DNA of 64,000 nt, from positions 1,860,001 through 1,924,000 of the forward strand of contig JBLDXI010000028.1 in the NCBI GenBank assembly GCA_047495785.1, read 5' to 3'. The notes under the pieces were generated by a model. It had not been told where the DNA came from, did no database searches, and saw nothing but the letters and a program-made list of their open reading frames with translations. Shown here in pieces: positions 12,808-26,100 of this stretch (the stretch's first letter is position 1; every line of letters begins with the position of its first letter). The position numbers were made by a program, and so were the translations under genes. The DNA is from Lepidodermella squamata (lineage: Eukaryota; Animalia; Gastrotricha).

Positions 12808-15800
12808 TCACGAATTCTGCGTCCAGTACTGATTCATGTGCGACTGCTTCATGACGCCGGGCTGTTGCGGGGCTTGCCGGCCTTGGCCACCGCCTGCAAG
12901 AAACGCCTGGTTCGGGTTCTGGCCGAACAGACCCGGAGGACCACCAGCGCCCGACGACGGGCCTTTGTCTTGCTGCTGCTGGAAGGCGCGGAATCCGCTC
13001 ATGCCACCATCGTTGTTGTTCGATGGAGCCATGTTCATTCCTGCAAAATATAAGTTGGATTTTCAGAAAAGCAAATGGAAAATTTTGAATTTTATAATCA
13101 AATTAATCACCGTCACGATGACATTTGAAATTAATCGCGCAATTTACGCGTTTTTTCAACCCGAGAAAGGCAGATGAGGTCACAATGCCTGCTGTTTACA
13201 CCCTGCGCATTACTGGTCTCCTTACTCGTAAATAAAGACTTGCTAATATTCAGACGAGAATTAAAATTCTTGCAGGCGACGTAATACAAAAACTATTTTA
13301 ATGGCCTCAGACCCATTGAGTCATGAACAATGTTGCTGATACTTTCTAAATGGTGCTTTCTTGGCTCATCACCGTTCTAATAAATAGCATCATTTGAAAA
13401 CTGGGTCGTGGTCGATAAAAATCGATTTCGGACTGAGTGAATTACGATGCCGAACTACGAGACTTGAAATGCTATTTATTTTTCGATTGAATGACGGCAC
13501 AGGCAAAAAATACTCGCAATGATTTACATGACAAATTTATCAGAAATCTGGGACAGCAGGAAATTTCGGACCCAAAATAGAACATCAAAATAGTCTGGAT
13601 AGCTTAGGAAGCAGTGATAAAAACTATCAATTTCACGGTCTCAGTTACTTGAATGTTAGCATAGAATTCAACGACTGAATTTAAGAAAATCCCCACTGAT
13701 AATCCGAACGAATCTAATATAAATTTTCGCGTCAATTTTCGGTTAGATTAGATTTTATATTTTTCGATTGTTGCAGACTAATTTCATTTTTAGTCGAAAT
13801 TAAACCACCTGCAGAAATTGTTGAATAATAAACTAGCGTCTAACTGACCTGAATTCGACTGCCTGACAGGGAGAAGAAATCCTGGTGGCGGTCTGATGGA
13901 TTGCTGCTGGTGTTGCTGATGGCTCTGTTGCTGGTGCTGGCCGACAATGTTCGACGCGTCCTGCGGGCCCTGATGCCCGACCACCATCGAACCCGGCTGG
14001 CCGGAGTGCTGACCAGCCGCCGCTGCCGCGCTCGCCAACACGTCATCGCTAATCGACGGGTGCGAGGATCCAGGCGTCTGCTGTTGTTGCGGGTAGTGAA
14101 GGAACGGCGACATGCCAACCGCCTGCAAAAACTGCTGTTGCTGCTTGATATCAGCGGCCGGGGGCGGCGGCGGGACTTGCTGCAAGAACGGCGCCATCAG
14201 AGTCGGGTTCGCGGCGAACAACTGCATCAACGGGTAGAAGAGTTGCGGCGTCAAAAACGCAGGCGGGACTCCACCCGGAGGCAAACCGGCTGCCGAGCTG
14301 TGCGGCGGCAGTTGCGCACTACCCGGCGCGCTCGTCTGGCCATGCGCCGCTGCCATGTTCAACAATTGCTCCGGGCCGAGGGGTTGTTGGCGCGAATCGC
14401 CCTGGTTCGGCTTCATCATCGGACTGGCGGCCGCTTGTTGGCCGGCCTGTTGCTGCTGTTGATGACCGGCTTGTTCCAGGAGGTTCCGCTGGTACAAATT
14501 CGCAACATCGTTCGTGTTGAAGTAGTCGCTGACCGACGCGGTTTGCGAGTTTTGCTGGTTCTGTTGCGAGTTTTGCTGCTGTCCTGGATTCGCTTGCTGC
14601 TGCTGTTGACCAGTGTATTGCGGGAAATAGTAGGGCATCGTGCCCTGCTGGGTCGGAACAGCGTAGGCAGCCGGTGGCGGCGCCTGGTTTTGCTGCGGCT
14701 GTTGTTGTTGTTGTTGCTGCTGCTGTTGCTGTTGGAATTTCATCATGTTAGCCTGATCGAAATTTCCCGAGGACGAAGCATTCGAGGTCGGTGGTTGTTG
14801 CTGCTGTTGTTGGGGCTGGGGTTGCGACGCCTGTTGTTGTTGCTGCTGTTGTCTTTGAGGCGATTTCACAACGTCCTGAACGCTCAATTTCGTCATTGAT
14901 TCCGTCAACTTTGTCGCGGCTTGTTGTTGTTGTGATTGTTGACCTAAAATTAGAAAATGATATTATTTAGCTCCAAAATTGAAACTGAATTAGGACCAAA
15001 AAGCTCTATAACTCGATTTCATTAGCAAAAATTCGAATAAACAAATAATTAGCTATCTTACCAGAAAAAGCGCTCGAATTCGACGACGCGCCCGTGTACA
15101 CCGGTTGGCTCGCACCGCTTTGTTGCAACAAAAGAGGAGGAATCGAGGCCTGAGCCGAAGATTGCTGCGGCTGTTGTTGCTGTTGCTGAGTTGATTGCCG
15201 AGTTTGATTCGCGAAATTCTGTTGTTGAGGCTCGGCGGGCTTGACTGATTGCACTGGTTGCTGCTGTTGATACGGGCTCTGCGACTGGTTTCGAGCCGAC
15301 GTGATCGACGGGTCGAGTCCAGCCGGTTTCGACGCCCCGGACGAAGGAGGCCGTTGGAAGGGCGCTGTGTATTGCTGTTCGTTTTGTTGCTGTTGTTGAA
15401 AACCACCTGCTTGTTGAGGGCGAGACGGAGCTCCGACGGCTTGTTGTTGCTGCTGGGCAATTGCAGATCGATTCGCAGCGAAACCCGGCGCTTTCTCAGC
15501 CTGAACCTCAGGCTGTTTCGTCGGGGAGCTGCTTTGCTGCTGTTGTTGATCACGATACGGCGAGGTCGGGAAACCAGATCGGTTCTGCGTCGCATTTTGG
15601 CTCTGAGTGGTCTGTTTCTCACCATTAGCCCCACTGCCGTGGACTGAAAGTCCGATCGAGTCAAGTCCAGATCCGAACCGCAGACCAGCCGGTCCGTGCG
15701 ATTCCACAACATGTCGCCGGTTGTCGAGAATAACCACCGGAGGTTCCTGAGCCGTTTTTGGCTGTTGCTGAGATCTTTGGGGCGGCTGTTGAGTCGGCTT

Positions 15801-17202
15801 TTCCTGTTGTTGCCTTTGAGGCGTGGGCGGTTTCGGCTTCTCCTGAGGCTCCCGGCGAGGCGATTTATTCTTCGCCGAGGCTTCAGCCTCATCCTTATGG
15901 CCTTTATGCGTGGGACCAGCAACGTTCATCACATTATCGAGACTAACGCGAATCGGACCAGCATTTGGGCTGTGTGCGGAATTCGGGCCGTTGACTGAAT
16001 CGTCAACATGCAGAGATTGAACATGCCCTGGCTTGGCACCAATAGCTCCATATGAGGGTTTCGACGAGTCTTGGTTAGCGTTACTACGCTCGAAAACCTG
16101 AGTTTGAGTCAAGCTGCCATCCCACTCATCGATTTCGTAATCGTCAGTGTTACCGCCGCGACCACTTGGGCCGTTTCCGCCAGAATTTTCCCAAGTGCCA
16201 ACAGTAAAGGAGTTGGCATTGTCGGCATTTTCCGAATGACCCCCGCCGCCTTGGCGATCGGCGTATCGGCCTCGACCGACGCCGTTTTGCATGCCTCCAC
16301 GGGCATGGCCATCGCCACCGTTGCGACCACCAAACCACGACCGACCCCGGGCGCTGGCTCCTCCACGAGGTCCGCCGCGACGGCCACTGACTTCGTTAGT
16401 TTCGTCAGCTCCAGGTTCATAATTACGTCTGTGATAAGGCTTGTGATTCGCATGGTTAACACCTTCAGATTCGTTCCAGTCGGCGGCATTTTCGTTATTG
16501 CTGCCGGATAAAGGGTGACGTTCGCCAACAGTGCGGCTTCTACGGTCATCTAAATAAGTACACAGTTAGGCTTTTCGCAAATTAAATATTATTGCAGATA
16601 ACAACCTCCTCGGCCGCGAGTAGGGCGACCAGCATGTGGTTTTGAATTATCCCTGGCATCATTTGACCGATCTTTTTCACCGCGAGATCGGCGATTGCCC
16701 CGGGACGAGTTCTGAGGGTTTTCATTAGCTGTGTGAAAGCCGTCATCATGGTTTTCCGCAGGAACATCGTCAGCGGCCGCTGCTTTCTTCTTCTTTTTAT
16801 TGGCTATGCCGCATTCTTGCCATTCTTCCTATAAAATAAATAAATGGTTCGCGCTACCGAGGACGACAAAAAGTGAACGAACTTTGGCTAGTTCATCGTG
16901 ATCCATCAGGATCTCGATGGCTCTGATGGGATCATAATTGCAATCATGGAGTGCAATTATGACATCGTCACGGAGACGGCTGGTAGCATCGATAACCTGG
17001 AGAATAATGTTTTCGCGCTCGACATCTTGCTGTTTGTCATCGAGCAGCTGCGCTAAGCGCATTTCTTCGGTGGTGGGCTGAAACAATAAACGTAATTGGA
17101 AACTAGCAATAAATGATTTGCACTACTTACTTTTTTGAAACGGATCTGTGATCCCTTGACATCTTCAACCTTGGTGGATTCAACATTTCCCTTCGCCCTC
17201 AT
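12808..17202 (-). CDS. UBAP2L: Ubiquitin-associated protein 2/2-like (lingerer) homolog, ~6 exons
   Basis: N-terminal PTTEEMRLAQL plus a UBA-like segment (ENIILQVIDAT...ALHDCNYDPIRAIEILMD), an RGG-rich segment, the motif EWDGSLTQTQVF, a long Q-rich region, and a C-terminal YW motif. Confidence 0.85.
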
Positions 17203-18461
17203 TGTAATAAAAATCTAACAGAAATAGAAAATATGCCTAGCTGAACAGTTGGATCGTGGAACTGTCAAATTTCACTAAGTTAATAGACATTACACAAAAA
17301 CTCGAAGGTTGAAAGCAAATTAAAAATCGCAAACGACGTGATTCATTCGATGAAACCTTATGAATAATGAGGCGGAAAATGAGTAAAATGAAGAAAGCAT
17401 CAATTGAGGGTGGGGAATCTCCCACTCGAAAACTCAAATAAAAATGGTTAGAAATCACTAAAATCCTGATCAATGGATTTGTCCAAGTTTCAACTTCGAC
17501 TTTCGCACTAATCAACTACTCCACTACACAGTGGGTCACGCCAAAAAACTTCGGCAAAAAACGGATTTTCGGTGGGTGAGGCTTTTCCTCGGGCGCAACA
17601 TTTGGGCGTTTGGGCGCGTATATGAAAAGATTTTTTAAAATATGGCACAAAAAATTGACGAAAAATTACATTTTCAGGATAGGATGTACATAATACACTT
17701 TTTAATAAAATCGATTAAAACTAAATGAAAGTATTTGGCGCCTTCTTGGCTTTTGCCGGCTTTTTCGGGGGTATGTTCTGCTTTTGATTTCATCGTCGAA
17801 GAGCTGTCCTGTGCCTTGAACTGTTAGCTTTGCCAGCAAAGTGCATGTTGCACCGCAGTTGTGACTCGGCGGGGTTGTACTCCGCTACTTTAGTGGCAAA
17901 AAGACCCCCGAAAAGTAAGTATTAACCTGGTTCTTGACGTTAAGCAGAAAACAAAAGCTGCGAGACATCAATCGTCGATACATTTATTCATCTTTCCAAT
18001 TTTCAAATGCCTCTTGAATTAAGAACAACTTTACGTGATTTGACATGAACAATCAGCATATAAATTGTTTTACCCAATTTACGATCAACGATGTTGTCTT
18101 CTTGGCACGAGATTGACACGTAGTATAATGTTGCCATCTGCCATTTCTGCCCGGGCTCTTATCTATGTGCGGCATGATGTTCGTTGAAATAAATCGCTCT
18201 TACTGCGATATCAACGACATGGTTAGCATTTATTGCATAGATGTAAGGCAAGATTGACGGGGTGAAACGTAAGTCTTGCTGTCATCTATCGCTTATTCAA
18301 TATGTGCCTCTTTAGTTATCGTTTAACGGTCTCCATATCTTTTAAATAGTACTTGATCACCATTTTTTTAGGGCTGCCCCTGGTTCATATTTTTATTGTT
18401 TCTTTCGTGCATTCCTACAGTTCATTTATTTCATCTTTTTTCTCATTTCATTAGCAATAGG

Positions 18462-20015
18462 ATGGTGGCTATTACGAAAGCTTTAAGCCGAAATCATATT
18501 TATCTGGCTAGCTTTCGCTCGATTTCGCGGAACTTAGCATCGAGCACTAATGCCACAGTCAACTCTGATGTGAATGCTTCTCGACCATTGAGTGAAATGC
18601 CGGGACCAAGAGGCTTGCCTTATTTTGGAACTTATTTCAACTATCGCTTCGGTAAATGGCCTGTTACTGATTACCACTTGACACTATTGAAAATGTATGC
18701 GGAATATGGACCGCTCGTTCGGGAGGAGAGGCTTGGCGAAACAGTTATTCATATTTTTGAGCCTGAATTTGCCAAAGTTGTTTTCCAAGCAGATGGAAAG
18801 ACACCGTATATAAAACCACTCATGGAGACCACACAGGTATATCGTCAACAGCGAGAGATGAGTCCTGGCTTAGGGAACACTAATGGTGAGCCATGGACAC
18901 GGCTGAGGACTGCCGTTACTCCCTTTCTCATGCGACCGGAAAGATTGGCAGAATCTCTGTTGACAATTGTTGATGATGTTGCTTGCGAAGCCGTTGATTG
19001 GTTTGCTAAGTTTGGCGACGTTTCTGATTTAGAAAAGAAAATTCCTATTTGGCAAATGGAGTCTGGCGCTCGCGTGGTATCGCGTCAACGTCTGGGTTAC
19101 TTCGAAAACCCGGAACCTGGCTATCGCTTGTACGAAGGGAATAGGAACGTCTTTCAATTAACAGCTCGGCTAAAATATAGCCTACCAATTTACCGGTACT
19201 TGCCCTCAATGTGCCCCTCATTTCGCAAATTATCTGTCGAGGAGGATGTTGTTTTTGGCACAGGGCAACGTTGGTTAGACGAAGCTTGGGTCAAATATCA
19301 CGAATTAATGAAGACTGACCAGCGGAAAGCTGCTGAAACTTACCCTGTGCTTTACCATTTTTCTCAACGGGAGGATCTTTCGAAATCAGAGCGTGACATT
19401 ATCTGCCTCGGAATGATGTTTGACGGGCTTTCAACTACATCGCCCACAGTGCTTGCTCTTCTATATTGCCTCGCCAAAAACTCGGATGCGCAAAATAAAG
19501 CAGCTGAAGAAGCACAGGCTGCCTTAAAAATGGGCAACGGATCGCTGAATTATGACATTTTAGCCAGTCATTTAACTTATATTCGAGCTTGCGTCAAGGA
19601 GGCGATGAGATTACACACGATCACAACAGATATTTCTCGAATCCCGCAACGTGATTTAGTCATCGGAGGCTATTTTATACCTGCAGGAACTGTCGTTGAA
19701 ATCAACACGCATTCTTTGTTCAAGGCCAAATCGTTCATTCCATCGCCGCCAGACGTTGAAGCGTATGCCCCAGAGCGGTGGCTAAAATCTGAGGCTGGTA
19801 TTAATCAAGCTCATCCTTTCTTAGTTCTTCCATTTGGACACGGTGCTAGAATGTGTGCTGGGCGGCGTTTTGCTGAGATGGAAATGATGGCTTTAGTAGT
19901 TAGACTTCTTTCACGATTTAAATTGCGCTGGACTGGTGATTCCAGTTTTAATCAAACCTACGAAACTTTATTGTATCCTAAGGGTGTTTTGTCTCTCGCG
20001 CTTGAAAAGCGTTAA
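18462..20015 (+). CDS. Intronless mitochondrial-clan cytochrome P450 (CYP44-like)
   Basis: Arg/Ser-rich transit-peptide-like N-terminus, PGPRGLP, WxxxR, I-helix DGLSTT, EAMR (ExxR), PERW and heme motif PFGHGARMCAGRRFAE. The CYP44 assignment rests on a recalled I-helix similarity and needs phylogeny. Confidence 0.92.
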   Translation: MVAITKALSRNHIYLASFRSISRNLASSTNATVNSDVNASRPLSEMPGPRGLPYFGTYFNYRFGKWPVTDYHLTLLKMYAEYGPLVREERLGETVIHIFEPEFAKVVFQADGKTPYIKPLMETTQVYRQQREMSPGLGNTNGEPWTRLRTAVTPFLMRPERLAESLLTIVDDVACEAVDWFAKFGDVSDLEKKIPIWQMESGARVVSRQRLGYFENPEPGYRLYEGNRNVFQLTARLKYSLPIYRYLPSMCPSFRKLSVEEDVVFGTGQRWLDEAWVKYHELMKTDQRKAAETYPVLYHFSQREDLSKSERDIICLGMMFDGLSTTSPTVLALLYCLAKNSDAQNKAAEEAQAALKMGNGSLNYDILASHLTYIRACVKEAMRLHTITTDISRIPQRDLVIGGYFIPAGTVVEINTHSLFKAKSFIPSPPDVEAYAPERWLKSEAGINQAHPFLVLPFGHGARMCAGRRFAEMEMMALVVRLLSRFKLRWTGDSSFNQTYETLLYPKGVLSLALEKR

Positions 20016-20141
20016 TTTATGCAATTTCCCATGATTCATCGTGATTTTTTTGCCGATTTTTTCTACACGATCAAGCTTTCTTCGATTCAAATTAGAATAA
20101 ATTTGATGATCTTATATTTGTTTAATGTAGAGTTTTGATGT

Positions 20142-23100
20142 ATGGCAGAAGACGAGGGTAGCATATCATTGGATACATTCGATGTTATCGCTGCCCTTCA
20201 AAGTGAGCAGGAAGCTCAGCAATCATCCAGCCAGTTGCGAGTGCCAACAATCGAGGTGACCACAACACCCCGTTTGAGCACCCCAGCTAGCAGTGCCCTT
20301 AACGTCGCCTCTCAGTTCAGAGAAGCCCTGTCAACCGGGCAAACCAGCGTTATCATCGAACATTTTCGCGCAAAACGGCCTTACGATCTAGGATGCATTC
20401 TCGACGCGGCCGAGGGCGAAAGTCTGTTGATGTTGGCGTGTCGGTATGGTCGGAAAGAAGTTATCGAAGAGCTAATGCGATTCGATACTTTTCTATCGCT
20501 CTGCAAGCGGACCAACAAGGATCGGAAAACAGCGCTAATGATCGCGGCTGAAATGGGACATGCCGAGACTATTCGCTGTTTAGTCGAGTTTTTGTTGGAA
20601 CGGCGCGACGATATCGTTATCGACTACAGAGATAGTGTAAGTGATCTTATGGTTGAAAGTATCATAAGTTGGGAAAATTTCAAGGCTTCAGCCAATTCTT
20701 ATACCAAGTGCATTTTCACCCTAATTTTATCGATGAGATTTTTCAACTTTAAAATTTTATGCATGGGAACAAATTGGGGCAAACTTTCTGAATGTTCTAC
20801 GATTTAGGGAGGATTTTTCGAAGTGAAATTCTAGATTTTTCTGAATGGATCGGGAATCACAGCATACTTGGAAAACTTTTCGAAAATGGTGAGAATATAT
20901 TTTGGGATTTTAGATGTATTTCAGAATCAGTAAATTTTTAGCCGTGTCCAGAAATTGACGTGGGAATGTTTTGTGTCGACGAATTAAACAAGTTTATTTC
21001 GATTTTTTAGGGCGGATTTACCGCGCTAATGTGGGCTTGTTACAAAGGCCTGCAGGCGGCTGCCGACGTGCTCGTTCGAGTTGGCCGAGCGAACGTCAAT
21101 CTCCGGGCCGATAACAACATGACTTGCCTGATGTGGGCAGCTGGTCGCGGTCATGAGGACGTTTGCAAGCTGCTGGTGCAAAACAGCGCCTCTGTGAATG
21201 TTACCGATAAGTTCGGCAGTACAGCCTTCTTCTGGGCCTGCCGGCACAATCGCGTCACGGTCGCTAAATATTTACTACAAAACGGTGCAAATCCAGACAT
21301 TCCTGGCCTTGTAAGCAAATAATCGATGCAAAATTAGAGAAAACATCTTGTTTTTTTTGCTAAATTTAGAATGGCAAAACGCCGCTTATGCTGGCTGCAA
21401 AAGCTGGAAATATCGACCTGGTTAACGTCATACTGAACATGTCAAATGCCAATGTCAACATGACTGATGTGGTAAGTCCGCAATATCAAAATTTTATGAA
21501 AAAATTGAAAATTAATTCAAATACCGATTTTGAAAAAATTATTTCCCATATTTTGACTTTCCTCTATATTTAATTGTTTGCATTTTTTAGGAGGGCTGCA
21601 CACCTTTAATGATCGCGTCGAAAGAAGGGCATCTCGAAGTCGTATCAGCCCTGATGCATGCCGGTGCTTCCTTGAACCTGACCGATAAAAAATCCGATTC
21701 AGCCCTCATCTACGCCGTCCGAGCGGGGCGGCTCGAGGTTGTGCGAAAACTATGCGAAGGCCGAATCGATATTAACCACCAGGGTCAGGAGGGCAAAACC
21801 GCGCTGTATTTGGCCGTAGAAAAAATGTACCAAGACACAGTCGGTCTACTACTATCCTACCGGCCTGATGTTGAAGTGGCAGCTGGTGATAAAAGCACGC
21901 CACTTTTGAAGGCGGTCAAGCTAAAAAATGCAACAATTGTTGAAATGTTGTTGAACTCGAACGCGAAACTAACCGCAACAGACAAAAATGGCGATACAGT
22001 TCTCCACATAGCATTAAGGCAGCGTTCGAGAAAAATTGTTCAGTTACTCCTGAGGAATCCTAGAAACGCTAGGTTGTTGTATAAGCCGAATAAGCACAAT
22101 ATAACGCCGTATTCGATCGACGAAGGGCAAGATCAGCCGATTTTGCCGCAGCTATTCGGAACGACAAATTTGAACCGGGCCGAGCATAGTCAAAGTTTAG
22201 TTGGTTACGAGTTGTACTCGAGTTCGTTGGCAGTCATGTTATCAGAACCTACCCTATGCACTCCTTTAACCGTTGGATTGTACGCAAGATGGGGCTCAGG
22301 CAAGTCGTTTGTTGTGTCCCAGCTCAAGGAATATTTGTACCAATACGCAATACAAGACGGCGTTGTGCTATTCAGATTTTCACCCCTTGTCATATTTTTG
22401 AGTTGCATCATCGCGGCATTGGTCGGGCTTGTTTGTACCCTGTCCCTATCGCGAGATGTTTGGTTTCTCGGAATTATTGTTGCGCTATCAGTTCTACTCG
22501 CTCTGATCTGCGCTCTTCTCGCAATTTGGTGGTTTTCGCGACATCGAGCCGCGAAATGGGTGATTTCACTCAGTCAAAACCTCGAATCTTTCATGCGGAA
22601 GTTGTCAATCATAACTAACGTGATTTTCTGCAACCCCGTTGCGAACACTCAATACCTGCAACAGTTGCGTTTCATCGTTGTCAATTGTCCGAAATTCAGC
22701 GGTAATGTCCGACCGGGCGGTATCATTCGAGCTGTTTTAGCAGAAATGTACCTGCAAGTTGAGGCGGCGTACGGCTCATTGACTAGCCGGTTGCTGCTGA
22801 TTTTCAAGCCGAACGAGTCCAGCCATCGGTCTTACCGCCAATTCTGTTGTCTACCTCTCCACTTTTGGGCTTTTGGTTGGGGGCTAATTTTCTACGTTGA
22901 CTGCCTGCTAATTTACGCTACCTGGCCGCCGTTTGCTACGTGGAGAGGAGTTTTCCCCGCGGAGGGTAGCGATGGTAATTATTTTTGGCATCTCCAAAAT
23001 GTTGTTAATCACTTTGATTTTTACTTCAGATACCACTGCCAGCATTTTTATCATAATTTTGTCGGCGATGTCACTCTTTGGCCTGTTGATTTTGTTTTTC

Positions 23101-26100
23101 GCGGTTGTTTGTCGATTCTGCTACCTTTCTATTCGCCCGCCTTACGCCCAGCTTTTGGCTAGCGAGACTGAAAATTCGGTGCTAACAGAGGTAATTTTCG
23201 AATCGATCAAAATTTAATTTTTGAAAATATTCTCGAATTCTGGTTTTTTCGTTAAATTTTGAATAGCCATTCTCGGGCTATAAAATTGAGCTTCAAAATT
23301 CAAATTGTTGAAAAATATTTCGGTGCAAAATATTATTTTTGCCACTTGCTGAGATTACTCACCTTTGAAGCTTGATTCTAAATATTTGATTTCGTGAAAA
23401 TAGGAGGCGCTTGGTCGCTTGGTCAAGTACCACATCAATCTATTGGCTCGATGTGTCCACGCCATCGACGTCTTCGCCAATACCCAGACTCGTTTTCTGG
23501 TCATCCTCGACGAACTGGACACCTACGACCAGGCCAATGTCGTTCACATGCTCGATGTAGTGCATCGATATTTCGCCAGCGAATCACGAGCTCCATTCAT
23601 CAACGTCCTCGTGCTGGATCCTCACATCATAATCAAACATCTAGATGCTCATTTGGCCTCGTCCAATTACGAGGGCGTTCAAATGACGGGCCATGACTAC
23701 TTGAGATCGGTCGTTCATCTGCCGATTTTTCTGCAGGCCCAGCCTTCGATTGCGATTAAACACTCTGCTGTTGAACCGCAGCCGTTTGCCTCGCAACAAT
23801 CCGTGGCAGGAGGAGTTGGACCTGATCCTGTCAAACAGCGTTATTTGATGAGATCGCGGAATAAACAGGTATAAATTGAATATGATTCATGAATCGTTGA
23901 GTTTTAGCCCGAAAACAATAAGTCTTTTCGACGTTTTTCGTCGATTGCAATTCCTGAAAATGTACGTTAAGTAGTCGCGTTTTATTATCCAACCCGCGGA
24001 TAATAACAATATACCTTCTGAGGCTGGAATTTTCCCGCCAACCTGGTTTTTTAGTTGAATTTCTCAAAACTAACTGCTTTATTTATTCTAAATCAATCTT
24101 GACGATATAAATGCATTCCTATTCAGCCCAATTTGTTTGAATTTTCGCTTGAAATAATGAGTTAGCTTTTCTAATTTCAAGTTTTATTCTTTTAAGGCGG
24201 ATACTGTCAGTATCAAGAGCACTGTATCTCAAGCCGCTGGTCGCCACCGAAATTCATCCTACGTACCGAATGAGGAGAATTCATATCTAATGAGCATCCC
24301 CAACGTCGCTGCCATCGCGAAAGGCTCGACCGGTCTGTCCGAACTCATCGGCAGTATGAGTGCGGAGTATTTCAGCGATGTGAATCCTCGAACGCTGACT
24401 CGTGTGACCAACATCTGCGCATTCATGGCTCGCCTTTTACACGCTAGCGGCGTTCATTTCAACTGGTACAATCTAACAGCCTGGGTTAATTTAACCGAAC
24501 AATGGCCGTACCATTTGTCCTGGATTTTGGTCTATATCGAAAACACGGCTTCCAGCTCGCAGAATTACGATATGAAAACACCGATCAGTTCAGCTTATAT
24601 CAGCGTTAAACGGCTAATGCCGCCGAACGATGCAATGCGTTTCATGGATAAAAGCCCTTTAAAACTCGAGGCTGCCTTGAGTAGTTCGAATCCTTTGCTG
24701 ACTTTGAACGATGTAGTCACCTTTCTGCGATTTACCGTCAATCTTGACCCGTATCTGCGTAGAATTGTTCGCGACCACGCGCATCAAAACCGGATTCTGA
24801 TTTACAACCAGCCTGCAGGAATCGGCCACCCTAGTCCATCTCGCCAGCCATCAGTCAACGCTCCAGTTGCGACGAAACCGCCCCCTGCCCCGGTAGTTAA
24901 GGTGGTCAAGTCCGGCAAACCTCTAGCTATGCTGAGCGTTGAGGAAGTGTGCGATTTTATGGCGAAAATTCCATACATTTCGCGGAATAACGTCGATCGG
25001 TACCGCGAGTTGCTGCTTGAGAACAACATTTGCGGCCCAGTTCTGGCGATTTGTAACCTCGAAGACCTGAGACACTCTTTGCCGATGTCTTTCGGCGATT
25101 GGCAGTTGTTTGCCGCCGCGATTTCTTCGCTAAAATCGACGGAATTCGACAGTAGTGGTCAGGTTGGCGTATCGCAAGGCCAATCAACCAGCGTATCTCG
25201 AACTACTAGTGTTATGGATGGTCCTACATCAAAAGAAGCTCCAAAATCAGCCTTGGTGAGTTACAAATTTGAGCCCTTTTAGTCGTTTATCATGGTAGCA
25301 GTATGAATAAGGGATAGAAATACGTTGCCGACTGATTTAGCTTGATTGATTTTTCAGTCCAAGAATGCCGCCTGAAAGCATGGTTGCAAAGTTGAGCTTC
25401 AATCGCAAGCGTGTTTTTCAGCTATTAGTTGACCATATTTCTACTTGCTCTTCCTTTTCGACTTTCTTTCAATTCGACAACATTTTCGATTTTTTCTTGA
25501 AAATTCAGTGTTTTGAAAATTGTTAACTCGGCAGTATTTTTGCCGAAAATTTCGGGAATATCGGGAAAAATACGTTAACTCATATTATCGAAAGTTTTGG
25601 AAAAGTTTAATCAGACCGCATATAGACTTATTTTTACTTGATTTTTAAATACTATTTAAGATCTTGTTTAAAAATCTGATTCAATTACCTGTGTGGGTTT
25701 CAATTTCGAACAAAAAAGAAATTCATGGGACATTAAGGCGAAATTTATTTAGATTTTTCCTTCGCCTTGTTACTTATATCTTGAGTTCTAGTTGCTTGTT
25801 CTTTATCTATCAATATTTTTCTCATGTTGACGCATGTTTTTTCTACCCCTGTAAATTAGATGTTGACTGTTCCGCAAGTGATCGCGGAAGTGCACGATAG
25901 CTATGTCACACCGGATTCAGCAGCCGAAGACTTGAAAACGCCTGTTCAGTCGTACGATGGTGAGGGCGAGTCTGTTATCGGCGACTTGGTCATGACGAAT
26001 GTGGCGAATGTTGTCAACCAAGATCCGCCCGCAATGACCTCATCGGTAATTTTAACCTAGCTTTTTCTTATTCTTGCCACCCGGTTTGAAGTGAATGCTT

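Noticed and set aside
13901-16549. Long Leu/Arg-rich + strand ORFs and alternative-frame ORFs over UBAP2L
   Set aside because: They are antisense or frame shadows of poly-Gln (CAG/CAA) coding sequence.
18462-20015. P450 as a Halloween ecdysteroid gene (CYP302/314/315)
   Set aside because: It is mitochondrial clan, but the I-helix DGLSTT looks more CYP44-like; orthology cannot be claimed without a tree.
22933-23217. Apparent frameshift in KIDINS220
   Set aside because: Explained by a ~55-nt GT-AG intron at about 22975-23029.
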